Assembly: GCF_009914755.1 (NCBI RefSeq)
Contig: NC_060934.1
Source: the human T2T-CHM13v2.0 reference genome, Homo sapiens
DNA: 64,000 nt
Reading direction: 5' to 3' (one strand)
Numbering within the stretch: position 1 is the first letter of the stretch; each line of letters starts with the position of its first letter. This document shows positions 35,756-50,482 of this stretch, in pieces. The translations under genes were made by a program, and so were the position numbers. The notes under the pieces are model-generated. The model saw only the letters and a program-made list of their open reading frames with translations, had not been told where the DNA came from and ran no database searches.

Positions 35756-38700
35756 TCACCCACCACTCGCTTGCTCAACAGACATTTGTGGCTGCCAATG
35801 GGCCGGGGGCTGTTTGGGGGTATATTCAGCTCTGGGCCTGCCCTCAGGGCACTTAGATTTTAGAGAAAGAGGGTGCGGACAGAGACTGGACAAACCAAAA
35901 CATAAAGTGCCTGGCATACATTGAAAAGGGGGCCATGGGATAGAGAGCAGCTGGGGAGGCGCGGACAAGGGGCATGAGGAGGGTCCCTGGCAGGCAAGGA
36001 GGAAGGCCCTGGGGGAGACCGAGGGGGGAGCAAAGTCCCTGAAGGGACAAGCCCTCGCGCCCCTTCCCAGGGCCAGCACAGGGACCTTCAGGTTACACCC
36101 TATGCAGAAGATGGTGAAAAATACATCAACTCTTCCCATTCCCATTCCCATTCCCACGGGCAACTTGACAGTACAAGCTTCTGCCATGCCACAATATTGG
36201 CTCCTTTCTGGTAGTTGGTACGGAATTAACCCCCTTGTGTTAATTCAGATAGATCAAAAATGCACATTTAACAAAATGAAGGACACCAAAAAAAAAAAAA
36301 AAAGAATCTGCCTTCTTTCTTAGAGTTCTGTTTGAAAGAACGATCATCTTACTGAGAGAATCTGAGAGCTGGAAATGTATGGAAAATCTCTATTGAAAAA
36401 GGACTGAAATGGAACCTGTGAGGAATAATTGTTCAAGAAGAAATGTGAGCTTTTCCCTCCGGCCATGGATGTTTCTGAATTGGCCCTGCAAAAAGGCCAT
36501 CCGTCAGAGCCGGCTAGGTGAAATGAATCCTTCCCAAGCTGCGGTAATCCCATCAAAGGGGAAGAAGGTGGGAAGGAACGAGGCGAATCCTTCCCCTTAG
36601 AGGTTAGGGAAGGAAGTCCTTTGCTCAGAATACAAACAAGTTTCCAGTGTAAGAAGGATTAAGCACGACTCTATTAACCTAATGCCTGCGCTGAGCACCA
36701 GCAGCTGCCCCACTCAGTACCAGAAAGCCTGGCAAAGCCTTTGGGAATATTTTGTTTGGGGAGATTTCCAGCTTCATGAGATTCTTCCTGATTGCTTTCT
36801 TTTAAAAAATGAATTAATTACAAAATGAGAAGTGCATGTAGTCTTGACTCCATCCACCCTCCAGAGGGGCCGAATGGAGGTTCCCCCTGGAGCCCGTGAC
36901 AATCAATATCTAATCAAAACTCGTTATAAGAATAAATTAGCAAGCAACTCCTAAGCGCTTCCTGTTAGCTGGTGGTGGTTGTTCTTTTCTTTAAAGTTCA
37001 ATAAAACAATTAACTTTTACATCTCAATCTAAAAGCCCCACTGCCAGGGAGCTTGTTTTTCAAAGGCGATGAACTGAGTGGGAACTCACTAGATGGAGAG
37101 AGAAATGAATCCCTCCCACCAGGGCAAAGCTGACAGCCAGAGGCAGGGCTGCTGCCGCCTTGCAAGACACACCTGGGCCTGCGCGCAGATGGCTTCGTTG
37201 GCCTGCGAATGCTTCAGATGAGGCAGACCTAAGGTCCCATTTTGGATACTGTTCATAAGGACACAGAAGAAAGAAGTTTGTATAAATGTCACTCTCTGAG
37301 ACAGGTGAAGAGAACATTCAAAACCCAGGACAAGCACCAGACCAGGCGTTCAGCTCATGCGTTGTTTTTCAAGTTAATTACAAATGTGGTCCATAAACCC
37401 CCACTGCTGACTTGGGGGCCACTTCCTTTCCTTTTCTGGCCACAAGACAACAGTGGGACTTGGCTAGGAGGAGGGACCAGCCTCCCCTGGGTGGGAGGTC
37501 ACTTGTCTCAGGGTGGGGGGCCCATAGTGAAAGACCAAGAGGGACAGCCAGGGCCTCCAGAGCGGCCACCCCAGGCAGCACCCCATGGGCTGCGACTAGC
37601 AGTGAAGCTCGGGTCCAACCGTGGAGAAGGAGGGAGAGGCAGGGTGCCAGGAAGGCCACCTGGGCAAAGTGCTGGGCGGCTCGGGCCAGAGGAGGCCAAG
37701 GCAGAGGGATGGGTCTGGGCCCGAGAGGTCAGGTGAGGTGGAGCTGGCACTGCCTGGGGAGAGGCTGTGACTGGGAGGCCCCTGGAGCCTTGTGCAGGAG
37801 CAGCGTCTGCGGGAAGGGCAGCTGAAAGCAGGAGCACATCGGGTGCCACCCAGTGGGGTGGAACAGCAGAGAAGAAGGCAGGTGCCCCAGGCAACTCCTT
37901 GATGTGTTTGCCTTGAGGAGGGGCCCAGAGGATGCTTCATGGGGACAAGAGGTGCCAGTAGAGGGGAGAGGCTGTGGTTTTAGGGAAGAGGACAAGAGGA
38001 GGGAGGTCAGAGAGATTGGGGTTGGCCTGGAGTTCTAGGGACCGCTCGTCTTTTCAAGACTTTTCTGACTAGACCTTCTGGAGAACTTTTTATAATTTCC
38101 ACTTAGAGTTTTTCCAGAGGAGGAACAAGAGGCTTTGATGGGGACATCCAAGAACTGGTGTGACCTGGGGGATGGCGCTGTGCCTGGCAGAAGCTGTGCC
38201 CCAGGGGAAGGAGGCAGGCCCTAGTCCCCAGACTCCCCTCTTCTGCAGCTAGAAGGAGGATGGCAGGGCCAGGCAGGACACAGAGAAGAGCCAGCAGGGC
38301 CCATCCCCTCTAGGTGAGCGGGATCTCCGGGCCCCCAGGAAATGGGAGCATCCAAAGCAGCATTGACCACAAGGGGCAGGGAGGAGAGGCTGGAAAGGAG
38401 GTCTGTGCATAACGCCTCCGATTCCTGGTAGAACCTCACAACAGCTCGTTGACGGCGGGTCGGTGAGCATTTAAAGAGCAGCAGATTCTCATTCAGAGGC
38501 AGTGTGGTTCCATGGAAAGCAAAGCATTTCAGTGATGCGTGCTTAATTCAATCAGCTTACTTTACGCAAAAAGGATCCAGTGCCAGGAGTCCCCGGCCTG
38601 TCATGAAGGGTGGGGACAACGGTGTCCAAGAGCCACAAATAAAATGCCAAGGGAATGCTGTGACGGGGGCCCTGGAGGGCTTTGTGGAGGAGGTTGAAAG

Positions 38701-39572
38701 ATTCTCAGAGCCTTCAACAATGCTCTGTGGAAGAATTTGGGAGGTTACATTGAAATGGTAGGTGGGCGAGGCTGGGGGAAAAAGGGAAGATTTCCAACAC
38801 TTTGGATCTACAAGGACACAACAGGTTTTGTTTTTTTAAATGGCTGTGGCTAAAATCAGCTTCCTGGTAGCATCATAAATGGGGATGGAAACCCTCATAA
38901 GCCTGGTGTCAGTGGTGGTGGCACCTTGGTGAGCAGGTGACCAAATGGCCTGAGTGGTGACGTTAATCTACCTGTTCACTGGCTGTTGCCAAAGCGAGGC
39001 CTATTGGGACAGGTTTGCATTTCTTCTTGGCTTCTAAGACCAGGTTATGACAGACATCCTACAATGCAGGAGGAGCTGGACAGGAGGACAACATCACACC
39101 TGGCCCTGCCATCCTCCATCTCCAGAAGCCATGGTCCAGCAGGGAGATGCACGACTCATGGTCTTCCACGCTGAGTGGAAAAGCCATGGCAACGCGGGCA
39201 CTGCCAGGGGTTTCAGGGTGCTCTGCATCTGTTTCTTAAATAAGACTGTCTTGTTAATCCTGAACATTCCAGCTGCTTTTGTCACAGTGTCCCCGGACAA
39301 GAGGGAGCCTGAGAGAGACTTAGAGATCAGGAGAAGCAAACCGGCCCACAAGTGTGATGGATGCTGTGTCAGAGTGTCTAGGATCCAGGAGCCCCGCTCT
39401 CCCCTTAGAGACGGATGCAGTTCCGTGCACACAGGCCCTCTTTCCTGTGTAGGGGAGGGGCATGCTGTCTGCACATGGCATGCTCCCTCCTGCCCAGGGA
39501 AGCCAACTGCCATATTAGCAAAGATGGTTTGAAAATGAACAAGAATCCCAACTTAAAATATATATATATATG

Positions 39573-40214
39573 CAGTCATTCCTTGGTATCCGAGGGGGAT
39601 TGGTTCCAAGACCCCCATGGTAACAAAATCTGCAGATGCTCAAGTCCCTGATATAAAATAGTGTCGTATTTGCATAGAACTTACACAATCCTCTTGTGTA
39701 CTTTAAATCATCTCTAGATTACTTATATATATCTAATACAATGCAAATGCCAAGTAAATGGTTGTTATACTGTCTTTTTAGAATTGGTATTATTTTTCAT
39801 TGTTGTATTGTGATTTTTATTGTTTTTTAAAGTATTTTTTATCCTGGCAGGGTGCAGTGGCTTACGCCTATAATCCCAGCATTTTGGGAGGCTGGGTCAC
39901 TAGACCCTAGGAGTTGGAGACTAGCCTGGGAGACAAAGTAAGACCCCATCTCTACAAAAAAAAAAAAAAAAACGCTGGATGTGGGGTCGGGCACCAGTGA
40001 CCTCAGCTACACGGGAGGCTGAGTCAGGAGGATTGCATGACCCAGAGGTCTAGGATGCAGTAAGCCGTGATCACACCACTGCACTCCAGCCTGGGTGACA
40101 GAACAAAACCCGTCAAAAAAAAACAAAAAACAAAAAAAAACAAAGAAACATAAAACTGTTTTTTAATCCGAAGTTGGCTGAATCCATGGAACCCACAGGT
40201 GTGTAGAAGGACAT
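39573..40214 (+). mobile_element. MER2 (Tigger-type TcMar) element interrupted by an AluJ
   Basis: CAGTCATTCCTTGGTATCCGAGGGGGATTGGTTCCAAGACCCCC start; resumes ATCCGAAGTTGGCTGAATCCATGGAACCCAC after the Alu. Confidence 0.88.
39846..40150 (+). mobile_element. Alu SINE, AluJ (diverged)
   Basis: GGCAGGGTGCAGTGGCTTACGCCTATAATCCCAGC...GAGGATTGCATGACCCAGAGG...CACTGCACTCCAGCCTGGGTGACAGA, A-rich tail. Confidence 0.92.
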
Positions 40215-41059
40215 CTCCCACAATGTTAAGTCATCACTTACCAGTGTCAGCTTCCTGATGTGGCTAAGTTTAGACACACACGCGGGCTCGCACGAAAGAT
40301 CCTAATGTCGAATAAATTGGGGGGAAAAATCAGTTCAGCTAGATGGACAGATTCCTGGAAGTCTTAGTGTGCACACATGTGCTGTGCCTGTGCAGGAGGG
40401 CAGTGGGGAAGGCAGAGCCCCGTGTGAAGGGACATCTTTGACAACAAGAGCATTTCCAAAACCACCGGGGAAGTATGCATGTGCAGCAGGTGGGTTTCAG
40501 TTCCCTCCAGCGTCTCACATGCTGGAACGGTCTCTCCATCAGCTCTGACCCAGGCCCAGAGGCCTGACACTCCTGCTGAGTGCTCAGGTCCTGGTGGCAC
40601 AAGCCTTCCCCAGTCCTGCAGCCTTCGGGAAGCGGCGGTGCCCAGGGCGCAGAGCTCTGGCGTTGCACTCATGGGCTTATGCTGCCCTCTAGTGCTGTGC
40701 TCTTGAAATAGCTGTGTGGCTTTGCCACTTAAAGCTGATGCGGAATCTAGGGCCTCGTGGGCCCTCTAAAGAAACTGCCTCATTGCATCAAAATCAATGC
40801 CCTGCTCTTCTAACAGACGCTCTCTAATGCCCTGTAATGAAACCCATACAGATGATCACCTATCTATGCTCCAAATCGCAAAAGATAAACATAATGTCTT
40901 AACTTTAATATAAAGTGGAAGTATAAGAACTTAAAGAAAAGTAGCTTTTATAGCATGGAACTTGTCTTGCAATGAGCTTGACCTACACTCACCAGAAGCA
41001 ATTTCTTAAATACCCACTCAGAGGTGACACTGCTTCCGCTGAGAAACGCTCGTGGAAGG

Positions 41060-41281
41060 TCGGGCTGGCCAGCCTTGCTGTAAAGGGCCAGGTGGTGCAT
41101 ACGCATGGCTTTGTGGGCCATAAGCTCCCAGCCACACCTACACAGCCCTGTCATTGTGACGCAAAGGCAGCTGCAGACAGCAGCAAGTGAATGGGCATGG
41201 CCACATTCCAACAAAACATCATTTGCAAAAAGAGGCAGTTGGCTAGATTTGGCCCAGAGGTTAATGATTTGTGGATCCCTG
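41060..41281. mobile_element. MER58A hAT-Charlie element
   Basis: CTGTAAAGGGCCAGGTGGT...GGCTTTGTGGGCCATA...GAATGGGCATGGC...GATTTGGCCC...CCCTG. Confidence 0.85.
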
Positions 41282-41287
41282 GTCTAG

Positions 41288-41400
41288 AGCATCCCCTTCG
41301 GTTTACAGATTGGGAAACTGAGGCTCAGCGTAGAGGAGGGGATAGTGGTCACGACTAGGAAATTAGACCCTGAGCCAAGTCCACTGGCTCCAGCCCATCC
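41288..41400 (-). mobile_element. MIR fragment
   Basis: TTTACAGATTGGGAAACTGAGGCTCAG core. Confidence 0.65.
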
Positions 41401-42744
41401 ATCCCAGCTCTTTGGCCGGAGCTCTGCGGGCTGTGACTCAGGTGGTCTCTCCTCAGGTGTACGGGGGAGGTTTGGTGACCCCAGGGATGATCCCAGGGAA
41501 AGGAAGGTCTGTGTTGGGCTTTCTCTGACAACGGCAGTTCCCTCCCATGCCCCCCGTCCTCCCCAGCTCTGATTCATTCATTCACTCAGGTCTCCACTGA
41601 GTACCAACCTGTGTCTGCCCACCCTGCAGTCATTCCTCCTGGCCAAGCAGCCTGTGCTGATCACAGCTCCCAACCCCTAGAAAATGAAAATAAAGATATG
41701 CAAATTACATCATTAGATTCAACAGGCAGACACTCGGTCAAATGGCTCTAAAAGTGTCTTGGCTCTCAGTTCCTCTTCTTGCTGCATGGTGGGATAGCAG
41801 ATCCCGTGATGGGCTCCAGCACTAGCTCCAGGGCGGCCAGGCTGGCTCGTGGCCTCATGGAGGTGGGGACCAGGCAAGCTGGGGCTTGGTAAGGCTCCTG
41901 GCAACCCAGGGCCCATGGGGTGGCCGAAAGGGCTGTGCTTGTGTGTGTCCTTGTCCTCAAAGTCACTCACTGTAGCATCCCCTTGTCCCCACAGGCCCCT
42001 CTTCCCCGCAGGAACTCTCAGGATGGGCCGCCCCTGCACCACTGGGCTGAGAGGACCAGAGCCCAGGAACTGTCTGTGGTTCCAGGGTTGGGGAAGCTTC
42101 CAGTCATATGGGAGCTCATAAGGCCAGGACCCATCTCTTCAGCTAGGCTAGGAGGCCAGTCTGGTCCCAACCTCCTGGCTCCTTACACTGTCCTCATCCT
42201 GGGGGCCCAGGCTAACAACCGGAGTCAGATCCTGGAAGGAGGGTGTCTACTGGGGGTCTAGAGGCATGGAGATGGCTCCTGCAGGGGCTGGAGCTGGCTG
42301 AGGTCAAGGGTTCCCTCGGGGCCAGGGAACAAGCACCTTCTACTAGCCTCTTGGGGACCTGGAAATAGCAGACCAGGGCCCACAGACCTGGGCACTTGTC
42401 TGGCCCCCTGGATTTAGCCCCATGGTAAGTTGGGGAGGCTGAGGATTCACTTTTGTATCCTATTGCTGATGGAGCCTGTCAGACAGACACAGCAGGGATC
42501 TGTGATGGCCGCGCTCCAGAAACCCAGGAGCAGGTCTCGGGGCTCTTTGAGAGGCCCTGTGGTGAAGCCAGGCTGGGATCATGAATCAGCCGGGACAGGC
42601 AGGGAGGATCTGGGATTCTGGAGCAGGAGTAGTGGCCTAGAACAGGAGGGGGCCCAGCAAGCCCAGGTCCAGGCCCCACATTTGACAGAAGGAAGCAACG
42701 CTGCCCCCCAGGGGAGCGGCCTCCAGAATTTCAGGAAGCGTCAG

Positions 42745-43648
<904 letters not shown>

Positions 43649-44389
43649 CTACTAATTCTCACTGTTATGGGCAGGCTTCCAAAAAGAAGCAAGTCAACAT
43701 CTGTTCATAGGTAACATGGCACTGAAGGCAAAGGCCATCTCTCATTCACCTTTGTGTCTCCCATGGTGCCTTGCAGATGCTGGTGGGCCAGTGGCTCACC
43801 CCAGAGGCCCTGCAGGTGCTTTTTAAAGGAGTAGTGCCCAGGGTGGGAGTAGTCTGAGACTCCCCATGGATGGGCTTCTAGAGTAATCTATCTGTTTACT
43901 CATCCCTGTTTCTGAGGCAAATGTTTCTCCCTCAACGAAGGTTCTTTTTCTACCATGATGGACTTTCTGAAATGCAAAGCCTCTTCATACCTCTGGTTTT
44001 CATCCTTTGTCGACAAAAGAGGTAAAATTTTCAAGACTTGTTGGAAAACTTGTGCCATTTGCAGATGAAGGAGGTGAGAATTAGTTGAGTTCTTAAGAAA
44101 TCTAGATTTCTGCTCAAGCTCTTCAGAATAGTAATTCTTTACCTTTTAAACAAGATTTATAAAATTACTTTAGAACTGTAAAAATGTTTCTGAGAAAACA
44201 CCAGAGGTGTTTTTAGATTTCTGTGTGTAATACATTCACCATTAATGTTATTCACAATGTTCTTTTTGGCACAGTATTCTCAGATTAATGCGATTATTTG
44301 TGAGGTTTAGCCACAGAACCTTGTTGGAAAACTAGACAGAGGATGAAAAAAGGGCTTCATAACACAAAGGTGAGACAACAGCATCCAGC

Positions 44390-44560
44390 CACAGTTGGCT
44401 GGAGTCAGTCTGGCTTTTAGACCTTGGGTGGCTCAATTTTTTATTTTCCTGGACCTTGGTTTGCTCATCTGTCCAATGGACATAGCAGCAGTACAGCCTT
44501 ACAGGGCTCATATGGTGGTTAAATGAGAAACACAAGAAAGACACTTAGTGGCGTATGGAA
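44390..44560 (+). mobile_element. MIR fragment
   Basis: GACCTTGGGTGG...CCTTGGTTTGCTCATCTGTCCAATGG...ACAGGGCTCATATGGTGGTTAAATGAG. Confidence 0.6.
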
Positions 44561-44703
44561 CAGCATTCTAACCACAGACTTCAAGGTCAAAATCCAGGAT
44601 AGTGAAGGCCTTGGCAAGGGTGGAAGGGGATGGAACCAAGAAGGGGTAGGAACTCGACTTCCACGTATTCGGTAATCTTGATTTCCTTTTTCTCCCTCTC
44701 TCT

Positions 44704-44993
44704 TTTTTTTTTGAAATGGAGTCTCACTCTACTGACCAGGCTGGAGTGCAATGGCATGATCTTGGCTCACTGCAACCTCTGCTCCTGGGTTCAAGTGATT
44801 CTCCTGCCTCAGCCTCCCAAGGAGCTGGGACTACAGGCGTGCACCACCACGCTTGGCCAATTTTTGTATTTTTAGTAGAGGCGGGGTTTCGCCATGTTGG
44901 CCAGGCTGGTCTCAAACTCCTGACCTTGGGTGATCGACCCACTTCAGCCTCCCAAAGTGCTGGGATTACAGGCATGAGCCACTGCACCTGGCC
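44704..44993 (-). mobile_element. Alu SINE, AluS
   Basis: Poly(T), ATGGAGTCTCACTC...CCATGTTGGCCAGGCTGGTCTCAAACTCCTGACC...GCACCTGGCC. Confidence 0.95.
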
Positions 44994-45088
44994 AGACTTC
45001 TTTTATGTAAAAAAATAAAATAAATAAGAGGAGATGGTTAAAAATACAAATACAAATAAATAAGAGGAGATGGTAAAAATGCAAAATT

Positions 45089-45350
45089 ACATCTGTAATC
45101 CCAGCACTTTGGGAGGCTGAGGTGGGCAGATCATCTGAGCCCAGGAGCTGAAGACTGGCCTGGGCAACATGGTGAAACCTCATCTCTACAAAAAATAGAA
45201 AAATTCTCTGGGTATGGTGGCACACGCCTGTAGTCTCAGCTACTCAGGAGGATGAGGTAGGAGGATCACTTTAGCCCAGGAGGTTGAGGCTGCAGTAAGT
45301 CAAGATTGCACCACTGCACTTCAGCCTGGACAACACAACAACAACAAAAC
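45089..45350 (+). mobile_element. AluJb-like Alu missing its first ~18 nt
   Basis: Starts ACATCTGTAATCCCAGCACTTTGGG; GGAGGATCACTTTAGCCCAGGAGGTTGAGGCTGCAG; (CAA)n tail. Confidence 0.9.
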
Positions 45351-45600
45351 AAATTTCAGTTAGACCGGAAGCTAAGTTCAGGAGCTCCACTGTGCTACAT
45401 GGTGACTGTAGTTAATAACAATGTATTATATTCTTAAAAACTGCTGAGAGAGTACATTTTAAATGTTCTCACCATAAAAATAACCAGCATGTAAGGTAAT
45501 GCATATGTTAATTAGCTTAATTTAGCCATTCCACAATATATATCAAAACATCATGCTCCACACCATAAATATATACAATTTTTATTTAGCAATTAAAAAC
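45351..45600 (+). mobile_element. L1MA (MA8-10-like) 3' end
   Basis: AAATTTCAGTTAGAC...CATGGTGACTGTAGTTAATAACAATGTATT...GGTAATGCATATGTTAATTAGCTT...AATTAAAAA. Confidence 0.85.
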
Positions 45601-45691
45601 ATACAGGAAGAGAATATAGCAGACTCTTAGGAATGGTTTTATTGAGATGTAATTCACAAACATACGTAATATGTACAATTCAATGGTTTTT

Positions 45692-46070
<379 letters not shown>

Positions 46071-47522
46071 CATATTCATAGATATGTGAAGCTGTTATTA
46101 CAACTTCAGAACACTTTCATCATCTCAAAAAGAAACTGTAACTTTAGCCATCTCTCCCCCATCTTTCCTTCTCCCCCAAGAGACCACAAATCTACCTTCT
46201 ATTTTTCCTGATTTCCCTGTTCCACACTTTCATATGGATGGAATCATGGGAATGTGTGCATATGAATGGAACCATGCATTTTGTGGCCTTTAGTGTCTGG
46301 CTTCTTTCACCCAGCAGGATGTTCTCAAGTTTCATCCCTGTTGCGGCATGTATCAGCACTACACTCCTTGTTCATCGCTGAATAATATTCCATTGTATAG
46401 ATAGATCACATTTTGTTTATCCATTTGTCAGTTGACGAACATTTAGGTTGTTTCTGTCTTTTGATTATTATGAATAATGCTGTAAACATTTGTGTATAAG
46501 CTTTTGTGTTGAAATGTTTTCAGTTCTCTTGGGTATACACCTGGGGGTGGAATTGTGGGGTGACAGAGTAATTGTTTAATGATTTGAGGGGCTGCCAGAC
46601 TCTTTTCCAAAGAGGTCGTACCATTCTACATTCCCACCAGCAATGAATAAGGTTCTGATTTCTCCACATCCTCAACCACACTTGCTATTATCTGATGCCT
46701 TGATTCCAGCCAGACTCATGAGTGTGACGCAGTATCACTGTGGTTCTGATTTGCAGCTCCCTGGTAACTAATGTCAATGAGCACAGACTTTTAATATTTT
46801 AAATTCTGAGTGATGGAAATATGGGCGTTTGGCATATTATTTTCTGTATGCTTACACCTTGCTGAAAAATGTTTTGCTTATTATTTTGCTTAATAAATAG
46901 TAAGGAGGCTTAATGAAGGGAGGCTTACCCAAGTGTCTGTCACAGAGTGAGGCCTCAACAAATGATCATGATGCAGTTGGGACAGCAGAGTTAGGTCTGA
47001 GCAGCCTTGTCCATGCCCCGGGGCCTGCCCCTTACTCCCTGCCGGGACAGCCAGGGCAATTCTCAACTCAGGGCCCCCAGCTCTGATGGTCCCCTGAGCA
47101 CCCACCCTCCCAAGACAGAGTGTCATTCACTCGCCGTCCTTGTAGCAATGCCCCAGAAGTCCCCTAGAGCCCTCTCCTGCATAATTACGATTAGCAAGGA
47201 TTTTAAAATACCCTCCGAGTGCACTCCATTGCCGCCCATGGGTCCCCACAACCTGTGCAGTGCCACAGGCAAGTGAGGAAAGAGGACCCTTTGAAAAGGT
47301 CAGCACCAGGAGGGGGCCAGCAAGATGGTCTTCAGCAAGTCCTGTCCTCCTGACCAGACCTCCTGAGTTCCCAGCACTGTCTTGCCACCCCTGTCCCTCA
47401 GAGCCTGGTCCAGCCCGACTCTGCACCTGGTTCTTTGCCCTTCCCTTCTCCACAAAGATTCATCTGGAAGTGAGTCTGCTAAGGGGTTGCTCTGGTCATT
47501 CATGATCATCTACGGTGCCTTC

Positions 47523-47870
47523 TGCAACAGACTGAATGCTCATGGTCCCCTAAATTCATGTGAAATCCTGACCCTCAAGGTGATGGTATGAGGAGGTGGA
47601 GATTTTGGGAGGTGATTAGGTAATAAAGTCAGAGCCCTCATGAATGGGATCAGTGCCCTTCTAAAAGAGTGCTCCCCCACCCCTCCCCTCGACCCCACCC
47701 CACCATGCAAGGACAGGGAGAAGACACCATGCACGAGCCAGGAATCTAGCCCTTACCAGACATCAAATCCACCTGCACATTGACATTGAACTTCCAAGCC
47801 TCCAGAAGTGTGAGAAATAAATTTCGGTTTTTTAAAATTTCTGTCTATGGTGCTTTGTTATAGCAGCCCG
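47523..47870 (+). mobile_element. MLT1A-like MaLR solo LTR
   Basis: GACTGAATG...AAATTCATGTGAAATCCTGACCC...GAGCCCTCATGAATGGGATCAGTGCCCTT...GTGAGAAATAAATTTC...TTGTTATAGCAGCCCG. Confidence 0.88.
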
Positions 47871-47919
47871 CATGTCTTCCATGTCACGTGTACCATGAGC
47901 CAGTCCTTCCCGTGGACCT

Positions 47920-48155
47920 TGTGTAACCTCCTAACCACATCCCAAAAACACACTTCTGTTCCCACTCCATTTTACAGATGAGGAAATTGAACCAGCCTTA
48001 GGGAAAGCCAAGAGCATCCCTCTGCATCCTCTGGGACATCCTGGGATGCCCTGGGGTCAAAGAAGAGAAGCTGTTGCTACTAGGGGCAGAACCAGGGTTG
48101 TACTTGGGGATGTGTGACCCCAAGTCCCAGGTGGTTAAACACCACTCTGCTACTT
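47920..48155 (-). mobile_element. MIR (two pieces)
   Basis: CTCCATTTTACAGATGAGGAAATTGA and GGCAGAACCAGGGTTG...CCCAAGTCCCAGG...AACCACT. Confidence 0.62.
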
Positions 48156-49789
48156 TCTGTAGAGCAATATCAGTGCCTGACAATGAACTTTTTAAAATGT
48201 TTCTTGTTCCTCTTCACAATCTTTATTTCAAAGAATATAAAGAACGGCCTTGGACCCACTACTCAACCTCAGCAGGCGAAGCTTGATATAACATCTGCCA
48301 TGTCCTCGCCTAAGATGCCTGAAGGAGAAGGTACAAAAGAGCTGGCAGGTACACCAGAGGCCCACAAGATGCCTGCTCCATTTCCCTTCTGAGCTAGCCT
48401 CATGGGGAAGACACCTAAGGCCTGGGAGTGCAGACTTCCAGAAGGCAGAGTGAGGAGCTTTACCCAGCACTTTTCCAGTCAGGTAGGAGGTGATATTTTA
48501 CTTTTGCAGTAGACTGTACACTCATCAGCTCCAAGGGGAGAGAGTTCTCCAGCTTTTCTGCCTTCTCCCAAGTCACCCACATAGGATGGGCCCGTGGCAG
48601 CTGCTCATCACAGCCACCTCCTCTGGGGCAGCCTGGACACCAGGCTGTTGCCACTGATGGCAATGCTAAATCTTGCCCCCAAACACTGGCTTTTTATTTA
48701 CTTTGGTTGAAGGGCAACAAAACATTATTGTGTGGCTGGAATCAGGCAAATTACGAGCACTCTGTACCTACAGTTGGCAACATTCCACCCAGCAGAAGGT
48801 CTTGGGTGAGAAAGCGGGATTCTTCCTGGGAGCAGGTGTCTGAGGCGATAAGAAGCCCGTTTATCAATTGGCTTTTCCTGAGTCTCTGGTCTGTATATTC
48901 CTGAAATGGAGGCAGAAGCCACAGTGAATGCTCTCATTCAGATCCATGGGGCTAACAAGCTCTTCCATGCAGAAAATTCCTCCCTCTGTCATCACCCTTT
49001 TGGCATTAGGGTCCCTTAAAAATTCATGGCTGTGTTTTTCCATTTTATTGAGTCTCCTTTGAAGGTGGCTGTTAGATTTCCTTTCTGCAGAGATTGGGTC
49101 TCAGGTAGGGGCAAGGCCTGTGCTATGCAAGCTCTTAGTGCCAATGGCTCAAACAAGTGGCCTTTGAAAAGCTTTATCAATCTTCCTCCTGACTTGGGCA
49201 GAGATCATCCCTCCTGAACCTGCATTAAATTGTCAAAAAATGATAAACAGCAGTGGGTGATTTCTGAGGGACCAGGTGGGTCTGGGCTGGCCTGCAGACC
49301 GAGGGCATATGCTGTTGACTGTCTGCCTACTGGGGCTTCTCCTCTTCATTCACCACTAGAATCTGTCCTCATCTAAAGGATAAATGTTTCCAAGTGTGGT
49401 CCGTTTATTTTCCTCATGCCCCACCACAGTAAGCTCATGCTTTTTACTCCCAAAGACTGGCTGCAGTGCAAAGTGATAGTTAAGAACAAGAAAATTCACT
49501 AGAGTTGCCCTTTGCAGATCCTTGTGAAAGATCCAATGTTTAGATCTGAAGTGAGCTCAGGGATCATAACATTCTGTCATGTGAGGAAGAAAATGGAGGC
49601 CCAAAGAGGAAGAGTCAAAGCTCAAGGATGCATGGCCAGTTAGTTGGAAGTCCCGCTGCCTCTTCCTCCCACCCCACTCAAGAACCACTGACTAATTCTC
49701 AGAGTCCCTAAAAACTTTCCTGCGTAGTCCACATAGTTTTGCCAGAGATGGTGAATTCCTCTTCAAAGGGTTTAATTGTGTAATGTCCT

Positions 49790-50217
49790 TGTCCTTGGTT
49801 CGGAGGCCCCATCTCCTTGTACTTTCTTGTTTCTAGCCTTTAAGCAGCCCTCCTGCTCTTGTTGTGCCCTGACTTGCCCAGACATGTCTGAACATGCCTT
49901 GTGCTGCAGCAGAGGGACCACTCCTGCCCCCTCCCTCCCTTACGAATCACATGTTTACCCTGTTTGGAAAAGTTTAAGTCTTAGCCAACTGGGGTCAGCT
50001 TAGATTGTGTGATCCAACTCCAGCCAATGGGGACCAGACACAGAACCAGGAACTAACCGCATTAGGGATAAAAACCCCTTCCCTCCTTTGTTTGGTGTGC
50101 TCTTGCAGTGGCCAGAATTGTGAGCGGCATACTTCTGCAGAAGTAAATTTGCCTTCTTGAGAAATCCTTTGTTTGAGTGCTCATTTTCCTTGTGACTCCG
50201 AGCTCTTGTTTCTAACA
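49790..50217 (+). mobile_element. ERV solo LTR (LTR47-like)
   Basis: CCAGCCAATGGGG, GGATAAAAACCCC, GCAGAAGTAAATTTGCCTT, end GAGCTCTTGTTTCTAACA; 5' boundary and family uncertain. Confidence 0.65.
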
Positions 50218-50482
50218 GTTTCCTTGGTGTCTTCTTTCTGTTCAAGTTCCTTATGCTCTCCTTAGGTGAAAAGAGCCTTAACCCCCAAAATGCAGAAAAC
50301 TTCCGGGACCATCTTGGAAGACACCACTTGACACTAGAAATTGTGGTGAATTAACAAGGGGGAGGCCATGCTGTATGGATCACAGTTTCAGCCAACATTT
50401 GCCCCAAAATTAGTGATTTCAATGGTCTCATTTTATCCTGGTGATAACCTCTATGGTAAGAGGTGGTTTGTGTTATTGTTCT

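Noticed and set aside
37242-38038. Several overlapping ORFs up to 164 aa in GC-rich DNA (similar cluster at ~31.6-33.1 kb)
   Set aside because: Overlap on both strands with no recognisable domain; expected by chance at this GC content
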